Both the position numbers and the translations under genes were made by a program. A model generated the notes under the pieces. It had not been told where the DNA came from. It searched no databases and saw only the letters and a program-made list of their open reading frames with translations. Of a stretch of 64,000 bases of DNA, positions 13,566 through 26,400 are shown in pieces. The stretch is from contig NC_086097.1 of the NCBI RefSeq assembly GCF_963921235.1, positions 172,982,001 to 173,046,000 of the forward strand. The letters run 5' to 3'. Each line of letters starts with the position of its first letter. Within the stretch, counting starts at the first letter, position 1. This DNA comes from Mobula hypostoma. Lineage: Eukaryota.

Positions 13566-14432
13566 AAAATTACACAACACAACCATTCAGAAACAAATTA
13601 CTGATGGATAATAATTGCTAGCCTTCCTAGCAATGTCTGTGTTCTGTGAATAAATAAAAAATACATTAAATATTGTTTCAAGACATATATTGATAATAAA
13701 TGAACCTTTGAAACTAACCTATGAAGACCAAATGAAAAAAGATGACTTTTGTTAACTAATAGAATCACAGAGGATTATAGAAATTTATGCCACTGAAGAC
13801 AACTTGTAAATCAATTGCATCCATGCCACCCAAAAATAACAATCTGTTATTAAATAAAAAATGAAAATGCTGGAAATCCTCAGCATCTGTCGGAAAGAAG
13901 CAAGTCTCTTGAAATAATAACTCTTTTTCTTTCACAGATGCTGCCTGGCCTGCTGTGTTTCTAGATCAAGTATGGTGTAGGTAGATAATAAAGTGAAAGG
14001 TCATAATGAGGTAGACTGTGGGGTCAAGAGTCCATCATATCATATAAGGTCCATTTAATAATCTTATCACAATGGCACTGAAGTTTCTGTATCTTCTGCC
14101 TGATAGAATGGGGAAGAGAGAGAATTCCAGGGTGTGTGGGTTCTTTGGTTATGTGACTACTTTACTAAGACAGCAATAAGTGCAGACAGAGTCTACAATA
14201 AAGTTCCAATAAACTTTAGTGCCAGCAAAAGTTATCTGATTTAATTTTAAATATTCAGTACACACTTATTCAATACATTTGCTTAACATAAACTTATATC
14301 TGCATCTTCTTCAACTGTAGAAAATAAACAGTGCACTTGCCAGATTTCCTTCAAATAAAAATATTAAAGATTTAGATTAGATTGAAAGGATGATTTAATC
14401 AAACAGGCAAACTTATTTTTTGAACAACATAC

Positions 14433-14614
14433 CTGTACCTAGCTGATCCAAATGATGGCAAAGGTGAAATTCAATTTGAGCAAGCCGTAATGAGATACCA
14501 AGAGAAGAAACAAACCATGGGGCAAAACAAGAATCAACCCTGGTGCAGGCTGCCAAGGCCATTGGAGACACAAGCTGATCACAGATACTCTGAGAGCCGG
14601 ACTCTCCATCACTG
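14433..14614 (-). CDS. VPS13B: VPS13B internal coding exon (182 nt, phase 2 to 1)
   Basis: Not in the ORF track; translated by hand as SDGESGSQSICDQLVSPMALAACTRVDSCFAPWFVSSLGISLRLAQIEFHLCHHLDQLGT. Acceptor ttctcatcag, donor CAG|gtatgt; phases match both neighbouring exons. Confidence 0.92.
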
Positions 14615-15774
14615 CTGATGAGAATGCAATAAAAATAATCTGATCAGTATCACATTTCTGCTGAAAGAAACCTGAAATTTAATTTTAAAAAGATCTTGTT
14701 TTATTAAAGATATTAAGACAACCAAAGACACATAATTTTCATTGTGTCATGGTAGTATTAACTATTTCTTAACCAAAATTATAGGGCTGCAAAGACTTGA
14801 CAAAATATTCCACAAAAATATTCAAACAAGCAACATGAATAAATTGTAAAAGGAGAGAAACAAAAGGCTATACAAGGTATAAGAGGAATGCTGCACTGTC
14901 AGAAATGGGCTATCACTTTCAGATGGGACTTCGAACAAGACCCCATCTGCTCTGCAGTTTCCCCCCGGATGTAACAGGGTTCTGTTCTTGAGCACTCTTC
15001 CAGAGTTGGACCTGTTTGGGTAATGAAATGAATGTATTTAAATGAAAACAAGGCCCAACTAAAAACAACACCCGGTTAAACCAGAATATTTAATTGAAAC
15101 ATTGAAATACTATCATAAACTGAGTTTTTACACAGCAGAAGATACCTGCAGCCCAGAAAATTCATCCCTCCAGTCATTCAAGCACTCATTTATATGAATG
15201 GACAGTGCATAAATTAAGCATTCCTAACTTGGAAGGAACTGCATTTCCTTATAACACACAAGGAGGCAATTTCATGCTTAAGTTTCTCATTCTTCTAGTT
15301 CTACTCAAAAGGTTGCTACTTTGATAAGTTAATTCTTTCCCATTGATGTTGGTTTTTCTGCTGGGTGCCTTTAACATTTTTCTTCTTTTATTCCAAAGGT
15401 ATAATGTGCTGTCAGATGGTAGTCTAACAACACAGTATTTTTTTCACTACAATACAGAAGTAAAGCACTGAAAATGTTGGAAATCAAAATAAAAATAGGA
15501 AGTTTTTATTTAAAGCAAATATTGCACCACTATCTCTGCACTTTCCTCTTGTTTTGCACGTATTATTGTGTTTATTGTTGTATTTATTATTGCCATATAT
15601 AGTGTTTCATGCAAGCAAGGAATTTCTTTGTTACCTGGTGTATATGTTAATAAACTAACCTGATCAGACTTATTAGAAATACTTAATTGGTCAAGCAGCA
15701 TTAGCAGAGTGAGATATTGAGTTTACCAATGTTTCTGATGAATGGTAGATTTATGGATTTATTCCTGGAGTCAT

Positions 15775-16440
15775 AGTTATACAGTACAGAAGCAGGCTCT
15801 TTGACTCAACTCTTTCATATTAACCAAGGTGATTATGTACTCTGGCCCCATTTGCCTGAATTTGGCCCATATCCCTCTTATTCTTTCCTATCCACATTGC
15901 TGTCCAAATCTTCCAGATGTTGTAACGACAATTACCTCTACCTGCTCCTCTGGCAACTCATTCCACAAATTCACCACCTTCTGCGTGAAAAGCTTGTCCC
16001 TCAGGACCCCTTCAAATCTTTTTTACTCCACCTTAAACCTATGGCCTCTAGTGATAGACTCTCTTATTCCAGGTAAAAGGCTGTGACTATCTGCCCTTTA
16101 GACTTTTATGAACCTCTAAAATCAACTGTCAGCCTCCTCTGTTCCATGGAAAACAAAGCCAGCCTATCCAATCTCCTATTGTAACTCAAGCCCTCAAGTT
16201 CCAGGCAACATTCCCGTGGATCTTTTCTCCACACTCTCTGACTTAATTACATCTTTCTTACAGTACAAAATACTCCAACCAATGTTTTGTACAACTGTAA
16301 CATGACTTCTCAACTCTTGTGTTCAATGGCATAGCCAACAAAGGAAATCATGCCAAACACTTCCTTCACCACTTTGTCTATTGTGTCACCACATTCGGGA
16401 AATTATGTAATCATACACCAAAGTTCAGTAACACTCCTGA
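15775..16440 (-). mobile_element. Degenerate CR1 LINE 3' fragment
   Basis: Collinear similarity to the 3' part of the CR1 at 27925-28600. Confidence 0.6.
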
Positions 16441-16454
16441 AGACCCTATCATTC

Positions 16455-16990
16455 ACTTCAAATTTAAAATAAATCTATTAACAAAATGTACATATATCAC
16501 TTTGAGATTCATTTACTTGCAGGCGTTTACAGGAAAATAAAGAAAAACGATAGAATTTAAGAAAAACTATAACAAACACACACTGACAAACAACCAACGT
16601 GCATAGAAGACAAATCATACAAATAAAAGAAAATAATAGTTGTAGTCTTTTAAGGTGAGTCTGTAGTTTGTGGAATCAGTTCAGTGTTGAAGTGAGTGAA
16701 GTTATCCACACCATTTCAGGAGCCTGTTAGTTGTAGGGCAATAGTTATCCCTGAACTTGGTGGTTTGGGACCCAAGGCTCATACACCTTCTGCCCCATGG
16801 TGGTACCAAGAAGACAGCATGACGTAGACAGTGGGGCTCCTTGATGATGGATGCCACTTTCCCATGGTGGCACTTCTTGTAAATGTGCTCCATGGTGGCA
16901 AGGGCTTTTCCTGTAAAGGACTGGGCTGTATCCACCACTTTCAGGAGACTTTTTTTTGTTCCTGGGCATTGATGTTTCTGTATAGGGCAA
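16455..16990 (-). mobile_element. Rex1/Babar LINE 3' fragment
   Basis: ORF VDTAQSFTGKAL...ASIIKEPH resembles 57640-57850. Confidence 0.7.
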
Positions 16991-17271
16991 AATACAACCA
17001 GTTGTATACCTTGGCCTGATTTTGCTTCCTAAAGTGCGTCACTTTGTACTTGTCTTCAGTTTAATTCTATAAGCCATTCTCTTGCTCTCTTTCCCAGAAA
17101 ATCTACATCCTGTTGTAACTTTGATAATTTTGGTGTCATTGGCAACGTTATTAATCATGCCACCTGCATTCTCTTCTAAATCATTAATATGATTCAACAA
17201 GTTAACTCTGGTTCTCTTCCTGCAGATGATGCTTGTCCTGCTAAGAATTTCCAGCAGATCAGATCAGAATC

Positions 17272-17612
17272 GGATCAAAGAACGACTGCGCAGGTGCGTG
17301 GATGTCAGCAAGTTAGACTGGCCAGAGGAATTTAAAAGGAGATCAATTTTTCTTCGGCAGTTTGTTCAAGGAACGACTGTAAAGGCACGTGGATGTCAGT
17401 GAGTTAGACCAGCAGGAAGAGTTTAAAAGGAGATCAGTTTTTCTTCGGCAGTTTGATCGAGGAACAACTGCAAAGGCACGTGGACATCAGCGAGTTAGAA
17501 ATGTAGGAAGAGTTTAAAAGGAGATCAATTTTTCTTCGGCAGTTTGATCAAGGAACAACTGCGCAGGCGCGTGGATGTCAGCAAGTTAGACCGGCAGGAA
17601 GAGTTTAAAAGG
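17272..17612 (+). repeat. Tandem array of 91-bp monomers (~3.7 copies) at a CR1 5' end
   Basis: The aacRactg unit starts at 17281, 17372, 17463 and 17554, an exact 91-nt period. Confidence 0.92.
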
Positions 17613-19262
17613 AGGACAGCTTTATAGAATGGGCATCGGAGGAGCAGGCAACGGAGTAGCAGGAGTCAGAGTAGGAGGGCTTTGGCTCAACGGGGCTTTG
17701 GTGATAACTAGTCAAGGCCAGGTAAGTTACTTGTGAAGAATAGGAAGTATGTCTGTGAGGCCGGTGTTCAGTACTGGGTGTCAGAAGTGGGATGTCCAGG
17801 AGACTCCCAGTCTCCCAGACGGCCATATCTGCGTCAGATGCATCGAGCTGCAGCTCCTTAGGGACCGGGTTAGGGAACTGGAGATGCAGCTCGATGACTT
17901 TCATCTGGTCAGGGAAAGTGAAGAGATGATAGGAGCTATAGGTAAGTAGTCACAACGGGGCCTAGGGAGACAGAGAAGTGGGTAACAGTCAGAAGAGGGA
18001 AGGGTAAGAGTTAGATACAGTACCCCTGTGGCTGTCCACCTTAACAATAAGTACTCTTTTTTGAGTACTGTTGGGAGGGATGACCTACCTGGGGGAAGCA
18101 ACAGTAGCCATGCCTCTGGCACAGAGCCTGGCACTGTGGCTCAGAAGGGTAGGGAAAGGAAGAGGATGGCATCAGTGATAGGGGACTCTATAGTTAGGGG
18201 GGTCAGACAGGTGTTTCTGTGGATGCAGGAAAGAAACATGGAAGGTAGTTTGCAGCCCAGGTGCCAGGGTCCGGAATGTTTCTGATTGCATCCACGATAT
18301 CCTAAAGTGGAAAGGTGACCAGCCAGAGGTCGTGGTACATATTGGCACCAACGATATAGGTAGGAAAAGGGAGGAGATCCTGAAAATAGACTACAGAGAG
18401 TTAGGAAGGAAGTTGAGAAGCAGGATATCAAAGGTAGTATCTCGGGATTACTGCCTGTGCCACGCGACAGTGAGGATAGGAATAGAGTGAGGTGGAGGGT
18501 AAATGCATGGCTGAGGGATTGGAGCAGGGGGCAGAGATTCAGATTTCTGGATCACTGGGAGCTCTTTTGAGGCAAGAGTGATCTGTAAAAGAAAAGGACA
18601 AGTTGCACTTGAATCCGAGGGGGATCAATATGCTGGCAGGGAGGTTTGCTAAGGCTATTGGGGAGAGTTTAAGCCAGAATTGCTGGGGGTTGGGAACCAA
18701 ACTGAAGAGATGGAGGAAATTTGTAGACAGTGTGAGAGGGAGGATAGACAGGTGATACAGAAGGGATATGCTCAGAATGGTGGTTTGAGATATGTCTATT
18801 TTAATGCAAGGAGTATCATGAACAAAGCAAATGAGCTTAGAATGTGAATCAGCACTTGGAGCTATGATGTTGTGGCCATTACAGAGACTTGGATGGTTCA
18901 GGGGCAGGAATGGCTACTTAGAGTGCCAGGCTTGAGATTTTTCAGAAGGGCAGGGAGGGAGTCAAAAGAGGTGGGGGTGTGGCACTGCTGATCAGAGATA
19001 GTGTCATGGCTGCAGAAAAGGAGGAAGTCATGAAGGGATTGTCCACTGAGTATCTGTGAATGGAAGTTAGAAACAGGAAGGGGTCAGTAACTCTAATGGG
19101 TGTTTTTTTATAGACCACCCAATAGTAACAGGACCATCGAGGAACAGATAGGGAGACAGATTCTGGAAAGATGCAATAATAACAGGGTTGTCGTAGTGGG
19201 AGGTTTTAATTTTCCCAATATTGATCGCATCTCCCTAGAGCAAGGAGTTTAGATGGAGTGGA

Positions 19263-19466
19263 CACAAAATAATCTGCAGATGCTGGGGTCAAAGCAACAC
19301 TCACAACACGTTGGAGGAACTCAGTAGGTCGGGCAGCATCCATGGAAAAGATCGGTTGACGTTTCAGGCCGGTCCTGACGAAGGGTTCCGGCCCAAAACG
19401 TCGACCGAAGTTTTCCACGGATGCTGCCCGACCTGCTGAGTTCCTCCAGCGTGTTGTGAGTGTTGC
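19263..19466. mobile_element. Palindromic hammerhead-bearing PLE mini-element with 14-bp TSD
   Basis: TSD ttagatggagtgga at 19249-19262 and 19467-19480. Inverted arms of ~85 nt; core cggtcCTGACGAagggttccggcccaaaacGTCgaccg at 19370-19407. Confidence 0.9.
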
Positions 19467-21219
19467 TTAGATGGAGTGGAGTTTGTTAGGTATGTTTAGG
19501 AAGGTTTCCTGACACAATATGTAGATAAGCCTACAAGAGGAAGTCATCCTCCACCATCAGATTTCTCAATGGACAATGAAACCTTGTACACTACCTCACT
19601 ATTTTTTTGCACTACTTAATTAATTTAATCTTTATATTTATATTTCTTATTGTAATTTATAATTTCTAAAATTATGTATTACACAGTACCACTGCCAGAA
19701 AACAACAAATTTCATGACACATGCCAGTGATATTAAACCTGATTCTGATTTTACACTGTGGGATATTGTGATCTTGTAACAATGTGTGCTATAATCACTG
19801 AATTGTTGTGTTCAGTTCTGGTCACCTCATTATAGGAAGGATGTGGAAGCTTTAGAGAGGGTGCAGAGGTGATTCACCAGGATACTGCCTGGATTAGAGA
19901 AGATGCCTTATGAGGAGAGGTGGAGTTAAGTATAGCTTTTTTCGTTGTAGTGAAGGAGGATGAAAGGCAATTTAAAAGAGGTGTATAACATGACAGCCGG
20001 CATAGATTGAGAGCCAGTGCCTGTTTTCCCTCATGGTGGAAGTAGTTAAATTAAGAAGGCACATTTTTAAGGTGACTGGAGGAAAATATAGGGAGGATGT
20101 CAGAGATAGGCCTTTTAGACAGAGAGTGGTAAAAGAATGGAATGCACTGCCAGGACTGGTGGTAGAGGCAGATACATCAGGGACATTCAAGAGCCTCTTA
20201 GATCGGCACACGGATAAAAGAAAAATGCAGGTCTATGTGAGAGGGACAGGCAAGGTTGATCTTGGAGTAGGCAGAGCTTCATGAACTAAACTCTTCTATG
20301 TTCTAAGCCCCTTTAGAGAAGGAAAAATAAAGGTACAGTTTGTCACCAACTCAAGGGCATTTTAGAGATGAGATATAAATGTTGACCTTACAGTGACACC
20401 TATAACCTAAAGATGAACTGTAAAATGTTAAGTATTTGTTGGATTCTACTATAGAGGAAGTTAGTGGTTTGTTCCAAGTAGCATTAAAATTTTTATCCAA
20501 AATGATCACCATGACAAGTGGGACTGTGGCTATTCACATGAAAATATTTTCATTTCTAAGTACTGAATGTTAGATATCAAAAACATGCACTTGTGGATTA
20601 CATAATATGTTTCTGCTCATTCTTTAGAGTTTAGTAAAATAGTAGCTGGCCACATATTTTAGTTAGCATTCAGAAGAATAGATCTACTGAAAAAAGCTAT
20701 TTATATTACTTGAGAAAAATGTAAATGAATAACACTTCTGTCAGGAATGGCTGCTCAAGGACATTCTGTTAAGTCTTGTGTTTCAGACAAGGGCCAGAGA
20801 GCAGCACTCTTGGCCTCTAAGCCAGAAGGTTGCAGTCTTGAAGTCTGATATTAGTATGAAAAAAAGCAGGCAAACATTTCAATGCAATGCTGAAAGTGAT
20901 TTGCATTGCTTGAGTTACCAGTTTGTCTTTTCAGTGGACATAAAATATTCCATGGCACAATTTCAAAGAACAACTCTGGAGCTCTGTCCACTATCCAAGT
21001 CAATGGGCCCAATTATGGCTCACGCATGGATAGTCACACTGTATTAGGAAGCTTATTGCCAGCCTTGGTCCCTGCACACTACTCTGTGTCTGAGTTCACT
21101 CCCAAGTCCAAGTGCATTCTGTAACATACTGGGATCAGACAATATGTGTTACTAGTCTCACAGCTTTACACCTGCCACAGGTGGTATATCCCACAGCAAC
21201 ATTAAAAACATTAGCATCA

Positions 21220-21620
21220 GAGTCATAGTTTTGAAAGCATAGTAAAAGGTCCTTCAACTCAACTTGTCCATGCCAACCAAGTTGGTTTACTTGAGCTAGT
21301 CTCAATTCCCTGTATTTGTCCTATACTCCTCTGAACTTTTCCTACCCAAGTACCTGTCCAAATATCCTTTCAATGTGGCAAATCCACCACCTCAACCACT
21401 ACCATATACTCACTACTATCTGAGTGAAAATGTTGCCCCTTTGATCTTTAAAACCCTTCTCACCTTAAAACTATGCCCTCCAGTATAAAACTCCCCTACC
21501 CTGGGACAAAGTTTGTCACCATTCACCTTATCCATGCCCCTCATGATTTTATAAACCTTTAGGAAGTCATCCTTCAGCCTCTTATGCACCAGGGAAGAAA
21601 AGTCTCAGCCTACCCAGCCT
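21220..21620 (-). mobile_element. Degenerate CR1 3' fragment
   Basis: Similar to the CR1 3' end at 27940-28340. Confidence 0.55.
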
Positions 21621-23489
21621 CTATTACATTGTTTCAACTATGATAAATAGGGAAATGTGAAATCAATAAAAACACCATTTAGTTGTTGAATCAAAAGGCA
21701 AGATTCTAATCACTGGTTTAGTAACAGTTTGATGACTTTGCACTAAAATGGAATTTTTATGTTTCAACTGTGCATATTTTTTTAATGAACGTTGCTTAAA
21801 TGATGCTAACATGTGATGCTGATGCAAGTAAGCTTTCCATTGCATCTGTTCACATGTGACACAGCATATGCTCAAGTACAGACCTGTCCTTGAGCATATG
21901 ACAATAACTTTGATTTTGACAGGAGGTGGGTGGGCTTGTGGGTGCCTGAAGTTTAGCTGCTTCTCTTATCAAAGACTGACTGAGGCAGCAGTGTCAGCAA
22001 GATATGAGGAGCCACATCACTGCTGAAGTGTGGTCTCTGGGATGGAGATGGGTGAATGAACGTGAGGTTTTAGACAGGTACAAGGCAGCACTCCTTCCTC
22101 TATCAATAATGCCTGAATGGTTTATCTGATAAAAGCACCTTGCTGCTTATGCAAGACTGAGTACAATAAGTAAAGATTGTGTACAAGTCTATACAGATTC
22201 TTGCATTACAACAGTATCTACACTTTAAAAATAAGTGACCTTTTTGCATGAAAAGGATGCAAAAAGAGCTATGTCATTGCAAGTGCTTCCTTTTTCCCTT
22301 CTAATTCGAATTACAATATTTAAACACAGTCAGAAAAGATGGAAGAAAATGAGGAAATGAGTTTAGTAGACACCAGCTTCAATTCATAAAGTCATTCAAA
22401 ACAGCATCAAATTAAGGAACAGTGGCTCAATTAAGGTAAAAGTGCTAGAAGGACAATTACCTTTACCAAATTAAAAAACTGCAGATGCTTGCACTGAACC
22501 TCCGCTGTTTCACTTACTTCAGACAGCTGGTAAAATGTTTCTACTTTATCAGTAACCCAGCGAAGGGCCACTTAGCAACATCCGAACATAAAGAGAAATT
22601 TAATACACCCAAGTCACTACATTCTTTTGCATTCAAAACACATTCCAGATCTCTTAAATAGGAGGCGTCTTTGCCAAGTCATCTTCCTTAATTTGAAACA
22701 GATATGATATTTTTTTCTTAAGTTCTATAATGTACCTGTTACTTCATGAAGTAGAAATTTATTCAGTGTCACTCTAAAATGTGTTTTAATAGGTCAGATT
22801 TTGATATGAAAATGATAATTTTAATGTAATTTGCTGTTAACAATGTGCAAATTATCCAGAAAATTTTAGACATGAAAATATGTCAACTGCAAATTGTTAT
22901 AGTCGTTAGATGATTTTCACTGCTCTGCTATTAAATTTGCAGAAATAATAATAAGAAGAATAATAAATACTTTATTGATCCCAAGTGGGAAATTCTTTGA
23001 CTCTTCCCATTCTCTGCCACTTTAATTCTCTATCCCACTCCACCCTGACCTATCAAATTGTGGTTTCTGCCAACATTACAACGGCAGCCCAATGCACAGT
23101 TGAGGAACAAGCGCTCATCTTCTGTGTGGATATACTGCAGCTTTCTGGACTCAGTACCGAATTCTACAACCTTAAGTAACTTGATTTCTCAGAAAGTAAA
23201 AGTTGGCCATCAGCTTTGTTGCTTGTGTTCTTCTTTATTTTGCTTGTGAGGCGTGTTGGGCATGTCTTACTGTCCTGTATTTTGCAACTCCTACACTCTT
23301 ATGTCTATAGAGAGACAGGATATTGCAGATGCTGGAATCTAGCGCTACAGACAATCAGCTGGAGGAACTCAGTAGTTAAAGCTGTAGGGAGAAAGGAATT
23401 GTGTTTCAGGTTGAAACTTTTCATCAATTGTTGGACAATCCAGGGGTGCATGAAAACAGCCAGTTTTTAATCAGGTCAGTAATCAAGAT

Positions 23490-26400
23490 TTCAAAACCAG
23501 AGTTTCATGGCAGTTTTTCTGATTTAAGGAGTGATCAATCAGCAAGCAACATTGTGTAAAAAGAGCTACCTTTCAGTCAGGTCCGCATTCAAGATTTAAA
23601 AAATAGAGCTTTGAGCCATTTTCTCTTGAGTTGGACAATCCACACCTGGGGTGCTTTAAAAGAGCCACTTTTTAATCAGGGCAGCGATCGAGATTTTAAA
23701 AGCAAAGTTTTGCGCCAGTTTCTCTTAGTTGAGGGGCAACCAATCAGCGAGGGATTCATTAGAGAGGGACAATTAAAACAGTGCAGGTGCAAGTGGAGTG
23801 GTCGTTCTCCTGAGTGTGCCAGTCCTCAGTGAATCCTGACGAAGGGTCTCGGCCTGAAACGTTGACTGTACCTCTTCCTAGAGATGCTGCCTGGCCTGCT
23901 GCGTTCACCAGCAACTTTGATGTGTGGTGCCAGTCTTTAGAGTGGCTTTGGCTGATGAGGCTTAGACGAAGTCAGGCTTGGGTGAGGTAGATTGCCTTGT
24001 AAGTTACTCTTTCTGTATTCTTATTTGTTCATTCCTCATGGTGCATAGTATAGTGAGAATGGCTCCTAAGACAGTATTTTGTACTGCATTTGGGATGTGG
24101 GAAGTCTGGGAGACCTCAGGTCCTGAGAGAACGCAATAAGGAACTGGAGCTGCAGCTCGATGATCTTCAACTCATACAGGAGAATGAGGCAGTGATAGAC
24201 AGGAGCTACAGGGAGGTAGTCACCCCAGGTTGCAGGAGACAGGTAACTAGGTGAATGTCAGGAGAAGGAGGGGAAACACACAGCCAGTTGAGAGTACACT
24301 TGTGGCCATTCTCCTTGATAGTAAATATATAACTTTGATACTATTGAGGGGGACGTCATACTGGGGGGTGGGAGAAGAGCCACCAGCGACCAGGTCTTTG
24401 ACACTGAGTCTGGTGCTGTGGCTCAGAAGAGCAGAGAGGTGAAGAGGACTGCAGTGTGTGTAGGAGATTCTTTAGTCATAGCAACAGAGACAAGTTTCTG
24501 TGGGCACGATAGAGATATCTGGAAGGTATGTTGCCCTGCTGGTGCTAGGATCAGGGATGTCCCGGATCGTGTCCATAGCATTCGCAAGGGCAAGGGTGGG
24601 CAGCCAGAAGTCTTGGTACATATTGGCACCAATAACATAGGTAGACAAGGTGAGAAGGTCCTGAAGAGAGATTTTAGGGAGCTAAGTAGAAAGCCGAGAA
24701 ACAGGACCTCCAGGGTAGTTATCTCTGGATTACTGCCTGCGCCATGTGCCAGTGAGGGTAAGAATAGGATGATTTGGCAGGTGACTGAATAGCTGAGGAA
24801 CTGGTGCAGGGGGCGGGTGTTTGGATATATGGATCATTGGGCTGGAGAAGGTATGACCTTTACAAAAGGGCTGTATTTCACCTGAACTCAAGGGGATCCA
24901 ATATCCTTGTGGGCAGTTTGGCTAAAGTTGTTCAGGTGGGTTTAAACTAATTTGACAGGGGGACAGGAACCAGAGTGATAGTGTTGAAGGTGAGGTAGTT
25001 AATTTACAAACAGGCAATGCGTAGTGAGACTCCAAGCAAGGAAAAGCTGGTAATAGGGCAAAATTGCAGTCAACAGGATGAGTTGCAATGTAAAAGTGGG
25101 GCAAAATGGAAAACCATAATAACCAATTAACCAATTTCCCCCGGGATCAATAAAGTATGACTATGACTATGACTATGGAAAGGGTGAACACAGGACTAAA
25201 GGTGTTATATTTGAATGTGCGCAGTATATGGAATAAAGTCAATGAACTTGTGGTATAATCACTGCTTGACAAGTATGGCTGAATCATGGCTGAAAGAAGA
25301 TTGTAGCTGGGAGCTCAATGTCCAGTGATACACATTATATTAAAAGGACAGACAGGAAGGCAGAGGGGGTGGCGTTGCTCTGTTGGTTAAAAAATGAAAT
25401 CATATCATTAGAAAAGGTGACAGAGGGTCAGAGGTATTGAATCGTGGATAGAGCTAAGGAACAGCAAGGGTAAAAAGACCCTGATGGGAGTTATATACAC
25501 ACTCCCCAAACAGTAGTAAGGATGTGGTCTACAAGTTACAATGGGAGATAGAAAATGCATTACAATAGTCATGGGGGATTTCTATATGCAGGTAGATTGG
25601 GGAAATCAGGTTGGTGCAGGATTTCAACAGAGTAATTTCTAGAATGCCCGTGAGATGCCTTTTTAGAGCAGCTCGTGGTTGAGCCCACTAGGGGATCAGC
25701 TATTTGGGATTGGATGTTGTGCAATGAACTGGAATTGATTAGAGAGCTTAAGGTAAAAGAAGCCTTGGGAGCAAGTGATCATAAATTGACCAAATTCACC
25801 CTGAAATTTGAGAAGGAGAAGGTAAAGTCAGATGTATCAGTATTACAGTAGAATAAAGAGAATCACAGAGTCATGAGAGAGGCATTGGCCAGAATTGATT
25901 AGGAAAAAAAACATAGGCAGGAGTGACAGAAGAGCACCAATGCCTGGAACTTCTGGAAGCAATTCAGAAGACACAGGACATATACATCCCAATTAGGAAG
26001 AAGTATTCTAAAGGCAAGATGACTAACCGTGACTAACAAGAGAAGTCAAGGCTAACATAAAAGCCAAAAAGAGAGCATATAAAGCAGCAAAAATAAATGG
26101 GAAGTTAGAGGATTTGGAAACTTTTAAAACCCAACAGAAAGCAACTAAAAAAGTCATTAAAGATGGAATATGAAAGTAAGCTGGTCAATAATATTAAAGA
26201 GATTACCAAAAGTTTCTTCAGATATATAAAGTGTAAAAGAGAGGTGAGAGTGGATATTGGACTGCTTGAAAATGATGCTGCAGAGATGGTAATGGGGGAC
26301 TACAAAATAGCAGATGAACTGAAGAAGTATTTTATGTCAGTCTTCACTGTGGTTAGACAAAGGAGAATCAGTTGATGTCCTGTACTTGGATTTTCAGAAG

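Larger units (their letters stand above)
17272..19540 (+). mobile_element. CR1 LINE 5' half: UTR, ORF1 (zinc finger/coiled coil plus SGNH esterase) and APE endonuclease remnant; a CR1 3' end follows at ~19800-20305
   Basis: HICVRCIELQLLRDRVRELEMQL, VIGDSIVRG, VVVHIGTNDI, then YFNARSI..YDVVAITETW; frameshifted. Confidence 0.88.

Noticed and set aside
14615..14672. Upstream acceptors (aaatttcag, tctttcag) that would extend the 182-nt exon
   Set aside because: The extension contains an in-frame TGA; the 14614 acceptor fits phase and homology.
17272..17612. Possible CRISPR-like array
   Set aside because: Head-to-tail repeats with no unique spacers, in a vertebrate CR1 context.
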